Below, piece after piece: positions 13,157 through 23,487 of a stretch of 64,000 nt of DNA. The DNA lies in contig JBBIOL010000003.1 in assembly GCA_037443385.1 (NCBI GenBank), forward strand, positions 2,542 through 66,541, written 5' to 3'. Source of the stretch: Anaeromyxobacteraceae bacterium. GTDB lineage: Bacteria; Myxococcota; Myxococcia; Myxococcales; Anaeromyxobacteraceae. Made by a program: the position numbers and the translations under genes. Every line of letters starts with the position of its first letter. Position 1 is the stretch's first letter. The notes below the pieces were generated by a model, which did no database searches, was not told the origin of the DNA, and saw only the letters and a list, made by a program, of their open reading frames with translations.

Positions 13157-14119
13157 ATGTCGAACGTCCTCATCGTCGCGGAGCACCTGGGCGGTCACCT
13201 CAAGAAGGCCACCCTGCACGCGGTGGCCGCCGGCCAGGCGATCGCCGCCCGCACCGGAGGCAAGGTCCACGTCGCGGTCCTGGGTCAGGGCGTGGGCGCG
13301 GTGGCCACCGAGCTCTCCGGGTACGGCGTCACCGTCCACGCCGCCGACGCGGCCGGGCTCGCGCACTACCTCGCCGAGGCCTACGCGCCGGTGGTGGCCG
13401 CGCTCGCCAAGGAGGCCGGGGCCACCTTCGTGGGCGCCGCCGCCACCGCCTTCGGCAAGGACCTCGTCCCGCGCGTGGCGGCCCGCCTGGGCGCCGCCTG
13501 CGCCACCGAGGTGCTCGGCTTCGGCGGGTCGGGAGCCGCGGTCACCTTCCAGCGCCCCATGTGGGCCGGCAACGTGATGGCCGAGGTGGACCTGGCCACC
13601 CCGGTCAAGGCCTTCACCGTCCGTCCCACCGAGTTCCCGGCAGCGGCCCGGGCCGCGGGCGGCGAGGTGAAGCCGGCCGCCGCCGCGGTGGGCGCGCTGC
13701 CCACCCGCTTCGTCGAGTTCCGGGAGGTGAAGAGCGCCCGCCCCGAGCTCACCGAGGCGCGCGTGGTCGTCTCCGGAGGCCGCGGAACCAAGGGCGACTT
13801 CAAGGAGATCGAGGCCCTCGCCGACGAGCTCGGCGCGGCGGTCGGCGCCACCCGCGCCGCGGTCGACGCCGGCTGGGTGCCGAACGACCTGCAGGTGGGC
13901 CAGACCGGCAAGGTGGTGGCCCCCGAGCTGTACGTCGCGGCGGGCATCTCTGGCGCCATCCAGCACCTCGCCGGCATGAAGGGCTCGAAGGTCATCGTGG
14001 CCATCAACAAGGACCCCGAGGCCCCCATCTTCCAGCTGGCCGACTACGGCCTGGTCGCCGACCTGTTCAAGGCGGTCCCCGAGCTGCGCGAGAAGATCAA
14101 GGCCGGCAAGGGATCGTGA
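13157..14119 (+). CDS. etfA: Electron transfer flavoprotein, alpha subunit
   Basis: 320 aa. The C-terminal FAD-binding region VVSGGRG...[20 protein letters not shown]...[29 protein letters not shown] is present. Confidence 0.9.
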   Translation: MSNVLIVAEHLGGHLKKATLHAVAAGQAIAARTGGKVHVAVLGQGVGAVATELSGYGVTVHAADAAGLAHYLAEAYAPVVAALAKEAGATFVGAAATAFGKDLVPRVAARLGAACATEVLGFGGSGAAVTFQRPMWAGNVMAEVDLATPVKAFTVRPTEFPAAARAAGGEVKPAAAAVGALPTRFVEFREVKSARPELTEARVVVSGGRGTKGDFKEIEALADELGAAVGATRAAVDAGWVPNDLQVGQTGKVVAPELYVAAGISGAIQHLAGMKGSKVIVAINKDPEAPIFQLADYGLVADLFKAVPELREKIKAGKGS

Positions 14120-15117
14120 TCGCGGAGGCGGACCTCGCCGCGCTGGGGATCCACCGGATCTCCATCCCCATCCCGTTCCTCGAGGCCGGCGGGCCGGTGA
14201 ACGCCTACGCCATCGAGGACCGGGACGGCGGGATCTTCCTCTTCGACTCCGGGCTGGGCTCGCCGCAGGCCGCGGCGGCCATGGCCGACGGGCTGGCCCG
14301 CATCGGCCGATCGGCCCGGGACGTCACCCGGATCGTGGTCTCCCACGGCCACATCGACCACTACGGCGGCGCGGCGCTGCTCCTCGAGCAGGCCGGCCAC
14401 CCGGTGCCGGTGCACGCCCACCCCCGCGACGTGCACAAGATGGCCGAGGGGTACCCGCGCTGGATCGACGAGATGCCCACCTACGCGGGATTCTTCGCGC
14501 GCCTCGGCGTCCCCGCCGAGGTGATGGGGGAGGCCTGGCGCCAGGTGAAGGACGGCTTCACCCGGGCGCGGCGCATCCCCCGGGTGGAGGCGCTCGACCT
14601 CGACGAGCCCTTGCGGATGCGGCACGTGACGCTCGAGCCCATGCACATGCCCGGGCACACGCCCGGGCTCGTCTGCCTCTACGATCGGGAGCACCGGCTC
14701 TTCCTCTCCGACGACCACCTGCTCGAGCACGTCTCGCCGAACCCGCTCATCGAGCTCGGCCCGGACGGCCAGGAGGACTGGCGGCCGCTCGTGGCCTACC
14801 TGGAGTCGGTGATGCGGCTCCACGCGCTGGAGGTGGACCTCGTGCTGCCCGGCCACGCCACCCCGTTCTCCGGCCACCGCGCCGTCATCGAGCGCCTGCT
14901 CGCCTTCTACGAGAAGCGGCAGCGGAAGATCCGCGAGGAGCTGTGGAAGGGCCCGCTCGGCGGATGGGAGGTGACCACCCGCCTCTTCCCGCGGGCGCCG
15001 GCCGCCGCCATGTTCCTCACCGTGTCGGAGACGCTCGCCAACCTCGAGGTGCTCGAGGCCCGCGGCGAGGTGGAGCGGGCCGACGTGGACGGTGCCTGGC
15101 GCTTCCGCCTGCGGTAG
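14116..15117 (+). CDS. MBL-fold metallo-hydrolase
   Basis: The GTG 14116 start overlaps the etfA stop (GTGA). The HxHxDH motif [11 protein letters not shown] and the later HMPGHTPG and LPGH metal ligands are present. Confidence 0.8.
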   Translation: MIAEADLAALGIHRISIPIPFLEAGGPVNAYAIEDRDGGIFLFDSGLGSPQAAAAMADGLARIGRSARDVTRIVVSHGHIDHYGGAALLLEQAGHPVPVHAHPRDVHKMAEGYPRWIDEMPTYAGFFARLGVPAEVMGEAWRQVKDGFTRARRIPRVEALDLDEPLRMRHVTLEPMHMPGHTPGLVCLYDREHRLFLSDDHLLEHVSPNPLIELGPDGQEDWRPLVAYLESVMRLHALEVDLVLPGHATPFSGHRAVIERLLAFYEKRQRKIREELWKGPLGGWEVTTRLFPRAPAAAMFLTVSETLANLEVLEARGEVERADVDGAWRFRLR

Positions 15118-15126
15118 GGTCGCCGC

Positions 15127-15924
15127 ATGCTCGAGATCTGGTCGCATCCCGAGACGTGGATCTCCCTCGCCACGCTGGCGGCGATGGAGATCGTCCTCGG
15201 GGTGGACAACATCGTCTTCCTCACCATCCTGGCCGGGAAGCTCCCGGCGGCGCAGCAGCCGCTGGCGCGGCGCCTGGGCCTGGGCGCGGCGCTCGTCACC
15301 CGCCTCGGGCTCCTCTTCGCCGTCACCTGGCTCATGGGGCTCACCGCCGACCTCTTCCGGGCCTTCGGGCAGGGGATCAGCGGGCGCGACCTCATCCTGG
15401 CCGGAGGCGGCCTGTTCCTCGTCGGCAAGGCCACCTTCGAGATCCACGACAAGCTCGAGACCGGGCACGAGGTCCCGGGCGCGGCCGGGCGGGCGCGGGC
15501 GACCTTCGGCTGGACCATCCTCCAGATCGCGCTCCTCGACGTCGTCTTCTCCCTCGACTCGGTGATCACCGCGGTCGGCATGGCCGGTCGCGTGGAGGTG
15601 ATGGTGGCGGCGATGGTCGTCGCGGTGGGGGTGATGCTCGTCTTCGCCGGTCCCATCGGGCGCTTCGTCGAGGCGCACCCCACCGTGAAGATGCTGGCGC
15701 TCTCCTTCCTCATCCTCATCGGCGTGATGCTCGTGGTGGAGGCCTTCGAGCGCCACATCCCGCGGGGCTACGTCTACTTCGCCATGGCCTTCTCGCTCGG
15801 GGTGGAGCTGCTCAACCTCCGGCTGCGCGGGGCGGCGGAGAGGCCGGTGAAGCTCCACAGCCGCTTCGAGGCCGATCCGCAGGCCCGCGCCACGGTGAAG
15901 GAGCAGCTCGAGTTCGACATCTGA
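15127..15924 (+). CDS. TerC-family integral membrane protein
   Basis: 265 aa and multi-TM. AAMEIVLGVDNIVFLTIL and DVVFSLDSVITAVG are the paired TerC repeats. Confidence 0.85.
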   Translation: MLEIWSHPETWISLATLAAMEIVLGVDNIVFLTILAGKLPAAQQPLARRLGLGAALVTRLGLLFAVTWLMGLTADLFRAFGQGISGRDLILAGGGLFLVGKATFEIHDKLETGHEVPGAAGRARATFGWTILQIALLDVVFSLDSVITAVGMAGRVEVMVAAMVVAVGVMLVFAGPIGRFVEAHPTVKMLALSFLILIGVMLVVEAFERHIPRGYVYFAMAFSLGVELLNLRLRGAAERPVKLHSRFEADPQARATVKEQLEFDI

Positions 15925-15950
15925 GGCGCGGGCTCGCCCGCCCGGCCTCC

Positions 15951-17852
15951 CTACGCCAGGCGCGAGAGCCGCCGGCTCGACCCGGGCAGGTCGACGCCCA
16001 TGGCCGCGGCGGTGACGGCGAAGGCCACCGCCGCGACCGCCAGCGCCTCCGGGCCCGGCGCAGCCAGCCGGACCGGCGGGACCGGCCCGAGCGTGGTGAC
16101 GACGGCTCCGGCCAGCGCCGAGGCCACCGCCGTCCACTGGTAGAGGCGGAGGCCGAGGACCACCGGCGTCTGGGGCTCTCCCCGGCAGGCCTCCTCGACG
16201 AAGCGCCCGCACCCACCCAGGAACAGGTACGCGCCCGCCACCAGCGCGGCCGGCGCGTGGAGGGTGGCGAGCCGGAGCAGCACCGCGCCGGTGGCGACGT
16301 TCCAGAGGATGGAGTAGAGCGCGGTGGGGTGGACCGGGACGCCGCCCAGGCCCGCCTTCACCACGCGTGACAGGGGCGTCGTGTGACGGATGCCGAGCCA
16401 CGCGGGCGCCGGCGCGCCGTGGCAGCATCCCTGCGCGAGGCAGCGCAGCCTGCCCACGCCCTGGACCACCGGGCCGGCCAGCGCTCCGGCGGCGAGCGCC
16501 GCGAGCCGGTCGAGGCCGAAGGCCGGGGCGAGGAGCACGCCCAGGATGCCGCCCAGCAGCCCGCCGTAGTAGCCGAAGGGGCGGGAGAGGCCGCGCCCCT
16601 CCAGGAGCTGGGCCCAGGCGCCGGCGCCGAGGAGGCCGAGGAGCCAGATGGTTCCGGCCAGCGGCGCGCCGCCCGGACCGAGCGCGGCGCAGAGCACGAG
16701 CACGCCCAGCCCGGCGCCCAGCCCCACGAAGAGCCCGTGGTGGAGGATGCGGAAGGGCCCCACCTGCCAGTCGTGCCAGCCGTTCGCGATCCGCTCGGCG
16801 CCCCGGCGCAGCGCCTCCCAGAGGCTCCCGGCGCGGCGGAGCACGATCACCACGAGGAGGCCGCCCGCCACGTCGGCGAGCGAATGAGCGCCCACCGCCA
16901 GGCAGGAGGTGGCCACGCCCCAGGCCCAGGCGCTCCAGGCGCGCGAGCGGGTGGCGAGCGCGTCCGCGGCCAGGAAGGCGAGGACCACGTGGTAGGAAGG
17001 GAAGGCGCAGGCCGGCGTGTCCCACGACCGCTCGAGCAGGATGGCCCGCCCGAGCGCCCCGCCGGGCTGGAACGGCCGCGGCGGCGCCCAGAGCGGGACG
17101 AGCAGGAAGAGCGGGAAGACGACCGCCATCGATCCCAGTGCACGGATCGTGAATGCCCGGAGCGCGTCGCGCGTCGGCGTCGCCAGGAAGGCGAGGCCCA
17201 CCACCGGGTAGGCGCTCGCGTAGAGGATCTCGGCCGGCTCGATCACCGGCCAGGCCCGCTCGAGCGGCAGGAAGGACGACCGCGCGTCGGGGGGCGCGCC
17301 CACGGCCGCGCAGCAGGCGTAGAGGAACGACCAGGGCCCGAGGACGAGCAGCGCTGCGCCGGTGCGCTCGGCGGACGACGGTGCGCCGCGTCCCGACGGC
17401 GGGACCGAGAGCCAGGGACGGGGGAGCCGGCCGAATCGCCGCAGCAGGTCGGGGCGCTCGTGGCCGAGGACGAGCGACGCCGAGGCGAGCGCCACGGACG
17501 GCGTGACGAGCCAGAGGCCCGCCGCGGACCCGGTCGCGACCGCCACGCCCGCGACGGCGAGGGTGAAGCCCACGTAGATGGGGTGCCCCACCACCGCGTA
17601 GGCGCCCCCCTCGACGAGGCGCGGCGGGGGGAAGGCGTTCATGGGGAGGCCGCCGCCCCGCCGCCAGAGGTCGAGCATGGCGGACGCGACGAGGAGGAGC
17701 CCGGAGAGGGCCGCCACCGCACCGGCGACCGGCGCGTGCACCGCGGGGATCCCCACCACCGGGGCCGCGCCGCGCGCCCAGAGGACGAGCAGCGCCGGGA
17801 GCGCCACGGTGAAGAGCGCGCCGTATAGGACGGGGCCGGTCCTCACGGCCAT
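15951..17852 (-). CDS. Polytopic membrane fusion protein: ICMT/PEMT-like methyltransferase + PAP2 phosphatase-like + Lgt (diacylglyceryl transferase)-like domains
   Basis: 633 aa from ATG 17852. The N-terminal part LVEGGAYAVVGHPIYVGFTL resembles the ICMT/PEMT RHPxY region. The middle part has PSYH...GAHSLADVAGG (PAP2 C2/C3-like). The C-terminal part has GYYGGLLGG..., VHPTALYSILWN and GRFVEEACRGEP (Lgt-like). Only the C-terminal part of track ORF 15951-18572 was used. Confidence 0.7.
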   Translation of the reverse strand: MAVRTGPVLYGALFTVALPALLVLWARGAAPVVGIPAVHAPVAGAVAALSGLLLVASAMLDLWRRGGGLPMNAFPPPRLVEGGAYAVVGHPIYVGFTLAVAGVAVATGSAAGLWLVTPSVALASASLVLGHERPDLLRRFGRLPRPWLSVPPSGRGAPSSAERTGAALLVLGPWSFLYACCAAVGAPPDARSSFLPLERAWPVIEPAEILYASAYPVVGLAFLATPTRDALRAFTIRALGSMAVVFPLFLLVPLWAPPRPFQPGGALGRAILLERSWDTPACAFPSYHVVLAFLAADALATRSRAWSAWAWGVATSCLAVGAHSLADVAGGLLVVIVLRRAGSLWEALRRGAERIANGWHDWQVGPFRILHHGLFVGLGAGLGVLVLCAALGPGGAPLAGTIWLLGLLGAGAWAQLLEGRGLSRPFGYYGGLLGGILGVLLAPAFGLDRLAALAAGALAGPVVQGVGRLRCLAQGCCHGAPAPAWLGIRHTTPLSRVVKAGLGGVPVHPTALYSILWNVATGAVLLRLATLHAPAALVAGAYLFLGGCGRFVEEACRGEPQTPVVLGLRLYQWTAVASALAGAVVTTLGPVPPVRLAAPGPEALAVAAVAFAVTAAAMGVDLPGSSRRLSRLA

Positions 17853-18607
17853 CGCACCACCTCGTGGATCGCGAGCCCGGGCGCGGCGCCGACCTCGCCG
17901 CGGGCGAGCCACTTCGTCTCGTGGAGGCCGAGCCCGACGCGGGGGAGCGACCGGCGCAGCGTGGCCGGCAGGGTCCGCGCGAGGATGGCGTCGCGCAGGG
18001 TCGCCTCGCGCGCGAGCGCGAACGGCGTGCCGTCCACCACCACCGCGTCGTCCCCGGCACGGTCGAGCCGGGCCTCGCGGCCGTCGCGCAGCGCGAGCCG
18101 GAGCGGCGCGGGGCCCTCCCAGTCGATCCAGGCGATGCCGCCCGCGGGGGAGAGCAGCCGTCCCCAGCGCAGCGTGCGGATGGGCAGCTCCCCGGGGAGG
18201 AGCGTGAGCCGGAGCCGTTCCGCGTAGCCCAGCCCCACGAGCGTCTCGCCCCCGACCCGGAGGTCGGCCCGGGCGCGCGGCACCCTGCACTCCCAGTCCA
18301 CGGCGCCGCCCGGGGCGTCGAGGAGACGGCGCGCGAAGGGCGGATCGAGGGCGTCGAGGCGCGCCGAGACGTCGAGGCCGGCCGAGGAGAAGCGGAGCCG
18401 CGCCCCGTCCGTCCGCGGCGAGGGCCCGGGCTGCAGCGAGAACCGGGTCCGGACGCGCCCGCCGGAGCGCAGCAGCAGCCCCTGGATGCGGAGCTCGAGC
18501 CGCCGGTACCGCAGCCGGGCGGCGTAGAGGACGGCGCAGCGCCCGTCCGCGCAGGCCACGTCGAGGTACCACTTGACGAGCTCCGCCGTCGGGCGCGCCC
18601 CGGTCAC
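17843..18607 (-). CDS. Hypothetical protein (possibly a CrtC/AttH-like lipocalin fold), translationally coupled to the fusion gene
   Basis: 254 aa with a GTG start, high GC3 and a 10-nt overlap with the downstream gene. The KWYLDVACADGRCAVLYAARL segment resembles the WWY..D..G start of AttH/CrtC-type domains. The family assignment is weak. Confidence 0.55.
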   Translation of the reverse strand: MTGARPTAELVKWYLDVACADGRCAVLYAARLRYRRLELRIQGLLLRSGGRVRTRFSLQPGPSPRTDGARLRFSSAGLDVSARLDALDPPFARRLLDAPGGAVDWECRVPRARADLRVGGETLVGLGYAERLRLTLLPGELPIRTLRWGRLLSPAGGIAWIDWEGPAPLRLALRDGREARLDRAGDDAVVVDGTPFALAREATLRDAILARTLPATLRRSLPRVGLGLHETKWLARGEVGAAPGLAIHEVVRWP

Positions 18608-18689
18608 TCCGGGAGTGTACCCGCCGGCGCCGGCCCGGATCGAGGGCCTGCCGGCCCGGGCCCCGGCGCGGTGGCGGGGCGGGCCGGAC

Positions 18690-20846
18690 TCAGCGTCGCG
18701 TCGCCCAGAGCGCGAAGGCCCACTCGTCGGCGTACTCCTCCACCGCGGCGCGCACCCGATCGCCCCCGCCGTGGCCGGCGTTCCGCTCCACCCGCAGGAG
18801 CACGGGCCCGCCGGTGGTGGCCCACTGCAGCTCGGCCGCGAACTTGCGCGCGTGCATCGGGTCGACCCGGTCGTCGGAGTCGGCCGAGAGGAGCAGGGTG
18901 GCCGGGTAGCGCGTGCCCTGCTTCACGTGGTGGTAGGGCGAGTAGCCGTGCAGAACCGGGAAGAGCGCCGGGTCGTCGGCCGAGCCGTACTCGGCGGTCC
19001 AGGTCTTGCCCGAGCCGAAGAGGTGGTAGCGCACCATGTCGAGCAGCGGGACCCCGCAGAGCACGGCGCCGAAGAGGTCGGGGCGCTGGGTCATGGCCGC
19101 CCCCACGAGCAGCCCGCCGTTCGAGCCGCCCCGGATGGTGATCCGCTCCGGGCTGGCCCAGCCCTTCGCCACGAGCCACTCGGCCGCCGCCACGAAGTCG
19201 TCGAAGACGTTCTGCTTGCGCGCGCGCATCCCCTCCTCGTGCCAGCGCTCGCCGTACTCGTTGCCGCCGCGCAGGTTCGGCATGGCGAAGATCCCCCCGC
19301 GCTCGAGCCACGGGTAGAGCGAGCCGCGGAAGAGCGGCTGCATGGGGACCTGGAAGCCGCCGTACCCCGCGAGCAGGAGCGGCGCCGAGCCGTCCGGCTT
19401 CTGGTCGCGCCGGTGCACGAGGAACATGGAGACCCGGGTGCCGTCCTTCGAGGGGTAGAAGACCTGCTCGACCACGAAGGCCGACGGCTCCACCGGGACC
19501 CGGGTCCGGTACCAGGTGGCGGTGGCCCCTCCGTCCAGCACGAGCGTGCGCACCTCGCTCGGGTCGGTGAACGACTGGAACGACCAGTAGGCCACCGGGT
19601 CGAGCGGGTCGCCGGAGGGCCCGCCCACCGTGCCCGGCCCGGGAAGCTGCACCTCGTAGCCCCCCTTGCCGTCGAGGTCGCGGACCAGGATCCGGTTCAC
19701 CGCCTTCTCGATGTAGCGGAGCACGAGCCGCCCGCCCTGCACGTCGGCCGCCTCCAGTGCCGCCTCCGGCCGCTCCGGGACGATCGCCGTCCAGCGCGCG
19801 GGATCGGGGAACGCCGGGTCGACCACCACCACCTTCCACATGGGCGCGCCGTCGTTCGTGAGCACGTAGAAGCGGTCCTTCCAGGCCACCGGCTGGAACT
19901 GCGCGTTCCGCCCCACGGCGAGCGGGAGCCACGGCCCGTCCCCGCGGGCGTCGCGGAACCAGACGTCGTTCGAGGTCCAGCCGTGGGAGACCGAGACGAA
20001 GAGCCACCGGCCGTCTCGCGAGATCGCCGCGCCGACGAAGGTGGAGGGGTCGCCGGTGCGCGGGTGGACGAGCGCGTCGGCCGAGGCCGGGGTGCCCACG
20101 CGGTGGAAGCGGACCTCGGCGTATCCGGGGCGGTCGGCGGTGGGGATGGCGGGATCGGTGGGAAGCCAGGTGTAGTAGAAGCCGGCCGAGTCGGGGGTCC
20201 AGGAGGGCTCGGCGTACTTGCCCCCCTCGATGCGGTCCACGTCGGAGACCTTCCCCGAGGCCACCTCGACGAGGTGCAGCACCGCCTCGTCCGAGTTGTT
20301 CTCCTTCACGCCGTAGACGAGCAGCTTCCCGTCCCAGGAGGGCGACCAGGCCCCGAGCGACGTGCTGCCGTCCTTCGACCAGCCGTTCGGGTCGAGGAGC
20401 ACCCTCTCCGGCCCGTCCCCGTCCCGGACGAAGAGGACCGCCTTCTCCTGCGCCGGCGCGCGCCGCTGGTAGAAGAGCCGGTCCCCCCGCTTCACCGGCA
20501 GTCCGACCACCTGCTCGACGTAGAGGACCTCCTCCAGGCGGCGGGCGATGGCGTCGCGGCCGGGAAGGCCGGAGAGGAACCGGCGCGCGAGCCGGTCCTC
20601 GGCGCCGACCCACTCCTGCGTGCGGGCCGCCTTCGCGTCCTCCAGCCACCGGTACGGGTCGGCGACCGGGACGCCGTGCAGGACGTCCACCACCGCGTCG
20701 CGCGGGGCCGGGGGGTACGGGAGGGGGAGGGTCATCGGTGCGGATCCGGTCGTGGTCGCGGCGCCCCCGGAGGTGGTGGCGCAGGCGGCGAGGAGGGACG
20801 CGGCGAGCGGCGCCGCCGAGGCGAGCGGGAAGGAGCGGAGGTTCAT
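18690..20846 (-). CDS. Prolyl oligopeptidase (S9A family), probable lipoprotein
   Basis: 718 aa with DPYRWLED at the N-terminal propeller entry, the nucleophile motif GGSNGGLL, SADSDDRV and NAGHGGG. The lipobox-like LLAAC lies near the N-terminus. Confidence 0.9.
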   Translation of the reverse strand: MNLRSFPLASAAPLAASLLAACATTSGGAATTTGSAPMTLPLPYPPAPRDAVVDVLHGVPVADPYRWLEDAKAARTQEWVGAEDRLARRFLSGLPGRDAIARRLEEVLYVEQVVGLPVKRGDRLFYQRRAPAQEKAVLFVRDGDGPERVLLDPNGWSKDGSTSLGAWSPSWDGKLLVYGVKENNSDEAVLHLVEVASGKVSDVDRIEGGKYAEPSWTPDSAGFYYTWLPTDPAIPTADRPGYAEVRFHRVGTPASADALVHPRTGDPSTFVGAAISRDGRWLFVSVSHGWTSNDVWFRDARGDGPWLPLAVGRNAQFQPVAWKDRFYVLTNDGAPMWKVVVVDPAFPDPARWTAIVPERPEAALEAADVQGGRLVLRYIEKAVNRILVRDLDGKGGYEVQLPGPGTVGGPSGDPLDPVAYWSFQSFTDPSEVRTLVLDGGATATWYRTRVPVEPSAFVVEQVFYPSKDGTRVSMFLVHRRDQKPDGSAPLLLAGYGGFQVPMQPLFRGSLYPWLERGGIFAMPNLRGGNEYGERWHEEGMRARKQNVFDDFVAAAEWLVAKGWASPERITIRGGSNGGLLVGAAMTQRPDLFGAVLCGVPLLDMVRYHLFGSGKTWTAEYGSADDPALFPVLHGYSPYHHVKQGTRYPATLLLSADSDDRVDPMHARKFAAELQWATTGGPVLLRVERNAGHGGGDRVRAAVEEYADEWAFALWATRR

Positions 20847-20896
20847 GGCCCGGGAGCCTAGTCCGGACTCGCCCCCTCTGCTACAACCGCCGCCCC

Positions 20897-21805
20897 GTGG
20901 CCGACCTGGCGCTCCTGCTCCTCACCCTGGTGTGGGGAACCACCTTCACGCTCGTGAAGCGCGTCCTCGACGCCGGCACGAGCCCCGGGGCGTTCCTGTC
21001 GCTCCGGTTCGGCCTGGCCACGGCGGTGCTCGCGCTGCTCTGGGCCTGGCGACGCCCCCGCCCGTCGCCGGGGATGTGGCGCGACGGGACGCTGCTCGGC
21101 CTCGCCATGTTCGCCGGCTTCGCGCTGCAGACCGTGGGGCTGCGCTTCACCACGCCGGCCCGCTCCGGCTTCATCACCGGGCTCGCGGTGGTGATCGTCC
21201 CGCTCATCGCGCGCTTCGTGCAAGGGCGCCGCGTCGGGGGCCCGGCCTGGACCGGCGTGGCGCTCGCGGTGGTGGGGCTCGCGCTCCTCACCCGACCCTT
21301 CGGTGGCGACGCCACGGCGCTGGTCCGGCTGGGCGACCTCCTCACGCTGGGTTGCGCGGTGGCCTACGCCTTCCAGATCGTCTGGACGAGCGAGTTCTCC
21401 CCCCGCCACCCGCTCGTCGGCCTCACCTTCGTCCAGATCGCCGTGACCTTCGCGGGCAGCCTGGTCCTGCTGGCCCTCGAGCCGGTGCGCGTCGCCCCGT
21501 CCGGCGAGCTCGCCGGGACCGTGCTCTTCACCGGGCTCGTCATGACGGTGGGCGCCTTCTTCGTCATGAACTGGGCGCAGCGCCACACCACCGCCGTCCG
21601 CGCCGCGATCCTGTACGCGCTCGAGCCGCCCGCAGCCGCCCTGTTCTCGCACCTCGTCACCGGCGAGGTGCTCCCGCCGCTGGGCATCGCCGGCGGCGCG
21701 CTCATCGGGGTGGGGATCGTGATCGCCGAGGTGGGTGGCGCGCTGCAGGCCCGGGCCGCCGCGCGACCGGGCGGGAGCGGGTCCGGCGAGCGCCAGGCGG
21801 AGTAA
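20897..21805 (+). CDS. DMT-superfamily transporter (EamA/RhaT type)
   Basis: From GTG 20897: VADLALLLLTLVWGTTFTLVK..., about ten TM segments and two EamA-like halves. The upstream part of the track ORF overlaps the peptidase gene and was discarded. Confidence 0.8.
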   Translation: MADLALLLLTLVWGTTFTLVKRVLDAGTSPGAFLSLRFGLATAVLALLWAWRRPRPSPGMWRDGTLLGLAMFAGFALQTVGLRFTTPARSGFITGLAVVIVPLIARFVQGRRVGGPAWTGVALAVVGLALLTRPFGGDATALVRLGDLLTLGCAVAYAFQIVWTSEFSPRHPLVGLTFVQIAVTFAGSLVLLALEPVRVAPSGELAGTVLFTGLVMTVGAFFVMNWAQRHTTAVRAAILYALEPPAAALFSHLVTGEVLPPLGIAGGALIGVGIVIAEVGGALQARAAARPGGSGSGERQAE

Positions 21806-21952
21806 AGAAGACCTACCGTGCGGCGTCCTGGATTCGAGGGACCCGGAACCTCCGCTTACGACCCAACTTGTGCGGGAAGCCGCCGGCGATCGAGGGCACT
21901 CTGTACGCCCGCCGGGGGTGGCCGGGGACCGCGGGCCGGGAGAGGAGCCAGG

Positions 21953-22429
21953 ATGCCGAAGAACGCCTCGCAGTGCCTCCGCTCGGCCGAGCGCGTGGAG
22001 CTGCTCGCGCAGGAGCTGTACACCTCGCTCGCCGAGCGCTTCCCGGAGGATTCGGGCCTGCGGCCGCTCTTCGCCCGCCTGGCGGCGGAGGAGGGGCAGC
22101 ACGTGATGCGCATCCGGCTGCTCGAGCGCCACCGGGGGCTCGCGCCGTGGCCCGCGGACGTCGTGGAGCGCTCCTGCGCGGACCTCGAGACGATGGCCGC
22201 CGAGATCGACGCCATGCGGCGCGAGTTCGAGCAGCTGCCCTCGCCCATCGACGCCGACGCCGTGCTCACCCGTCTCGTGTCGATGGAGGACCGCTTCCAC
22301 TCCATCCACGCCCAGGAGCTGGCCCGGTGCGCCGCGCCCGAGGTGGCGCGGCTCTTCACCTCGCTCGCCACCCAGGACGCCGCCCACCACGAGCTCCTGC
22401 GTGCGGCCATGACGTCGACCGCCGCGTAG
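21953..22429 (+). CDS. Ferritin-like/rubrerythrin-like di-iron domain protein
   Basis: ATG 21953 is preceded by GAGAGGAG. It has two ExxH-type motifs (AAEEGQHVMRI and ATQDAAHHELL) in a roughly 158-aa helical protein. Confidence 0.6.
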   Translation: MPKNASQCLRSAERVELLAQELYTSLAERFPEDSGLRPLFARLAAEEGQHVMRIRLLERHRGLAPWPADVVERSCADLETMAAEIDAMRREFEQLPSPIDADAVLTRLVSMEDRFHSIHAQELARCAAPEVARLFTSLATQDAAHHELLRAAMTSTAA

Positions 22430-22497
22430 CCGGCCCGCGACCCGGCGAGCACGCCGGGGGGGGGCGCCCGACAGCCCCGCCTGATAGATCAGGGCCC

Positions 22498-23487
22498 GTG
22501 CGCCGCTCCCCCATCGAGCTCGTCGCCGGTGAGCTCCGCGTCCGCGGGACCGGGCTGTACCTCGACGCGCGCCGGAAGCGCCCGTGCGGCTTCGTGTCCC
22601 ACGCGCACGCCGACCACCTGGGGCGGCACGAGCGCACCATCGCCACCCGCGCCACGGCGGCGCTCGCCCGCCACCGGCTCGGCGATCGCAAGACCGGGGA
22701 GGTGCTCCCCGTCGCCTACCGCGCGCCGTTCGGCCTCGGCGAGCTGACGCTCGAGCTCTTCCCGGCCGGTCACGTGCTCGGGTCGGCCCAGCTGCGCATC
22801 ACCCTGCCGGGTGGGCTCACCGTGGGCTACACCGGCGACCTGTGCACCGAGCCTACCCGGACCGCCGAGCCGGCGGAGGTCATGCCCTGCGACGTGCTCC
22901 TCACCGAGTCCACCTTCGGGATGCCCCGCTACGTCTTCCCGCCCAAGGAGGAGGTGCTGGCCGCGGTCCGCGGCTTCGTCGACGGCGCGCTCTCCGACGG
23001 CGCCACGCCGGTGCTGCTCGGCTACGCGCTCGGCAAGGCCCAGGAGATCCTGAAGCACCTCGGCGAGCTCGGTTACGCCTGCCGCGCCCACCCCGCCGTC
23101 CACGCCGTGAACGAGGTCTACGAGGCGGAGGGCGTGCCGCTCCCCAACGTGCGCCCGCTCGGCCCGGAGGGGCCGTCGGCGGGCGAGGTGGTGGTGGCGC
23201 CCCCGCAGCTCGCCCGGTCGGCGATCATCGCGCGCATCCGCCCCCGGCGCACCGCGGTCCTCACCGGCTGGGCCGTCGACGGCGCGCGCTGGTTCGGCGG
23301 GGTGGACGCGTCCTTCCCGCTCTCCGACCACGCCGACTTCCCGTCGCTCGTCCGCTACGCCCGGGCCACCGGCGCGTCCCGCGTCTTCACGCTGCACGGG
23401 CACGCCGCCGAGCTCGCGAAGGAGCTCCGCCGCGAAGGGCTGCGCGCCGAGCCGCTCGTCGAGTCCCCGCAGATGGAGCTCTGGTGA
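22498..23487 (+). CDS. MBL-fold beta-CASP-type metallo-hydrolase (putative nuclease)
   Basis: From GTG 22498: HAHADHLG, AGHVLGSA, TGD, LTESTFG and a C-terminal LSDHAD...TLHGH. This is the pattern of short beta-CASP exonucleases. It is the last 329 codons of track ORF 20548-23487. Confidence 0.75.
   Translation: MRRSPIELVAGELRVRGTGLYLDARRKRPCGFVSHAHADHLGRHERTIATRATAALARHRLGDRKTGEVLPVAYRAPFGLGELTLELFPAGHVLGSAQLRITLPGGLTVGYTGDLCTEPTRTAEPAEVMPCDVLLTESTFGMPRYVFPPKEEVLAAVRGFVDGALSDGATPVLLGYALGKAQEILKHLGELGYACRAHPAVHAVNEVYEAEGVPLPNVRPLGPEGPSAGEVVVAPPQLARSAIIARIRPRRTAVLTGWAVDGARWFGGVDASFPLSDHADFPSLVRYARATGASRVFTLHGHAAELAKELRREGLRAEPLVESPQMELW

Noticed and set aside
15118-15126. An expected yybP-ykoY (Mn) riboswitch upstream of the TerC-family gene.
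   Set aside because: Only 9 nt separate it from the preceding MBL-hydrolase gene, so there is no room for a riboswitch. The gene is probably co-transcribed with etfBA and the MBL gene.
21806-21952. A 147-bp spacer before the ferritin-like gene as a possible small RNA or riboswitch.
   Set aside because: I could not find a convincing conserved-looking structure, terminator or known riboswitch core by eye. The information is insufficient.
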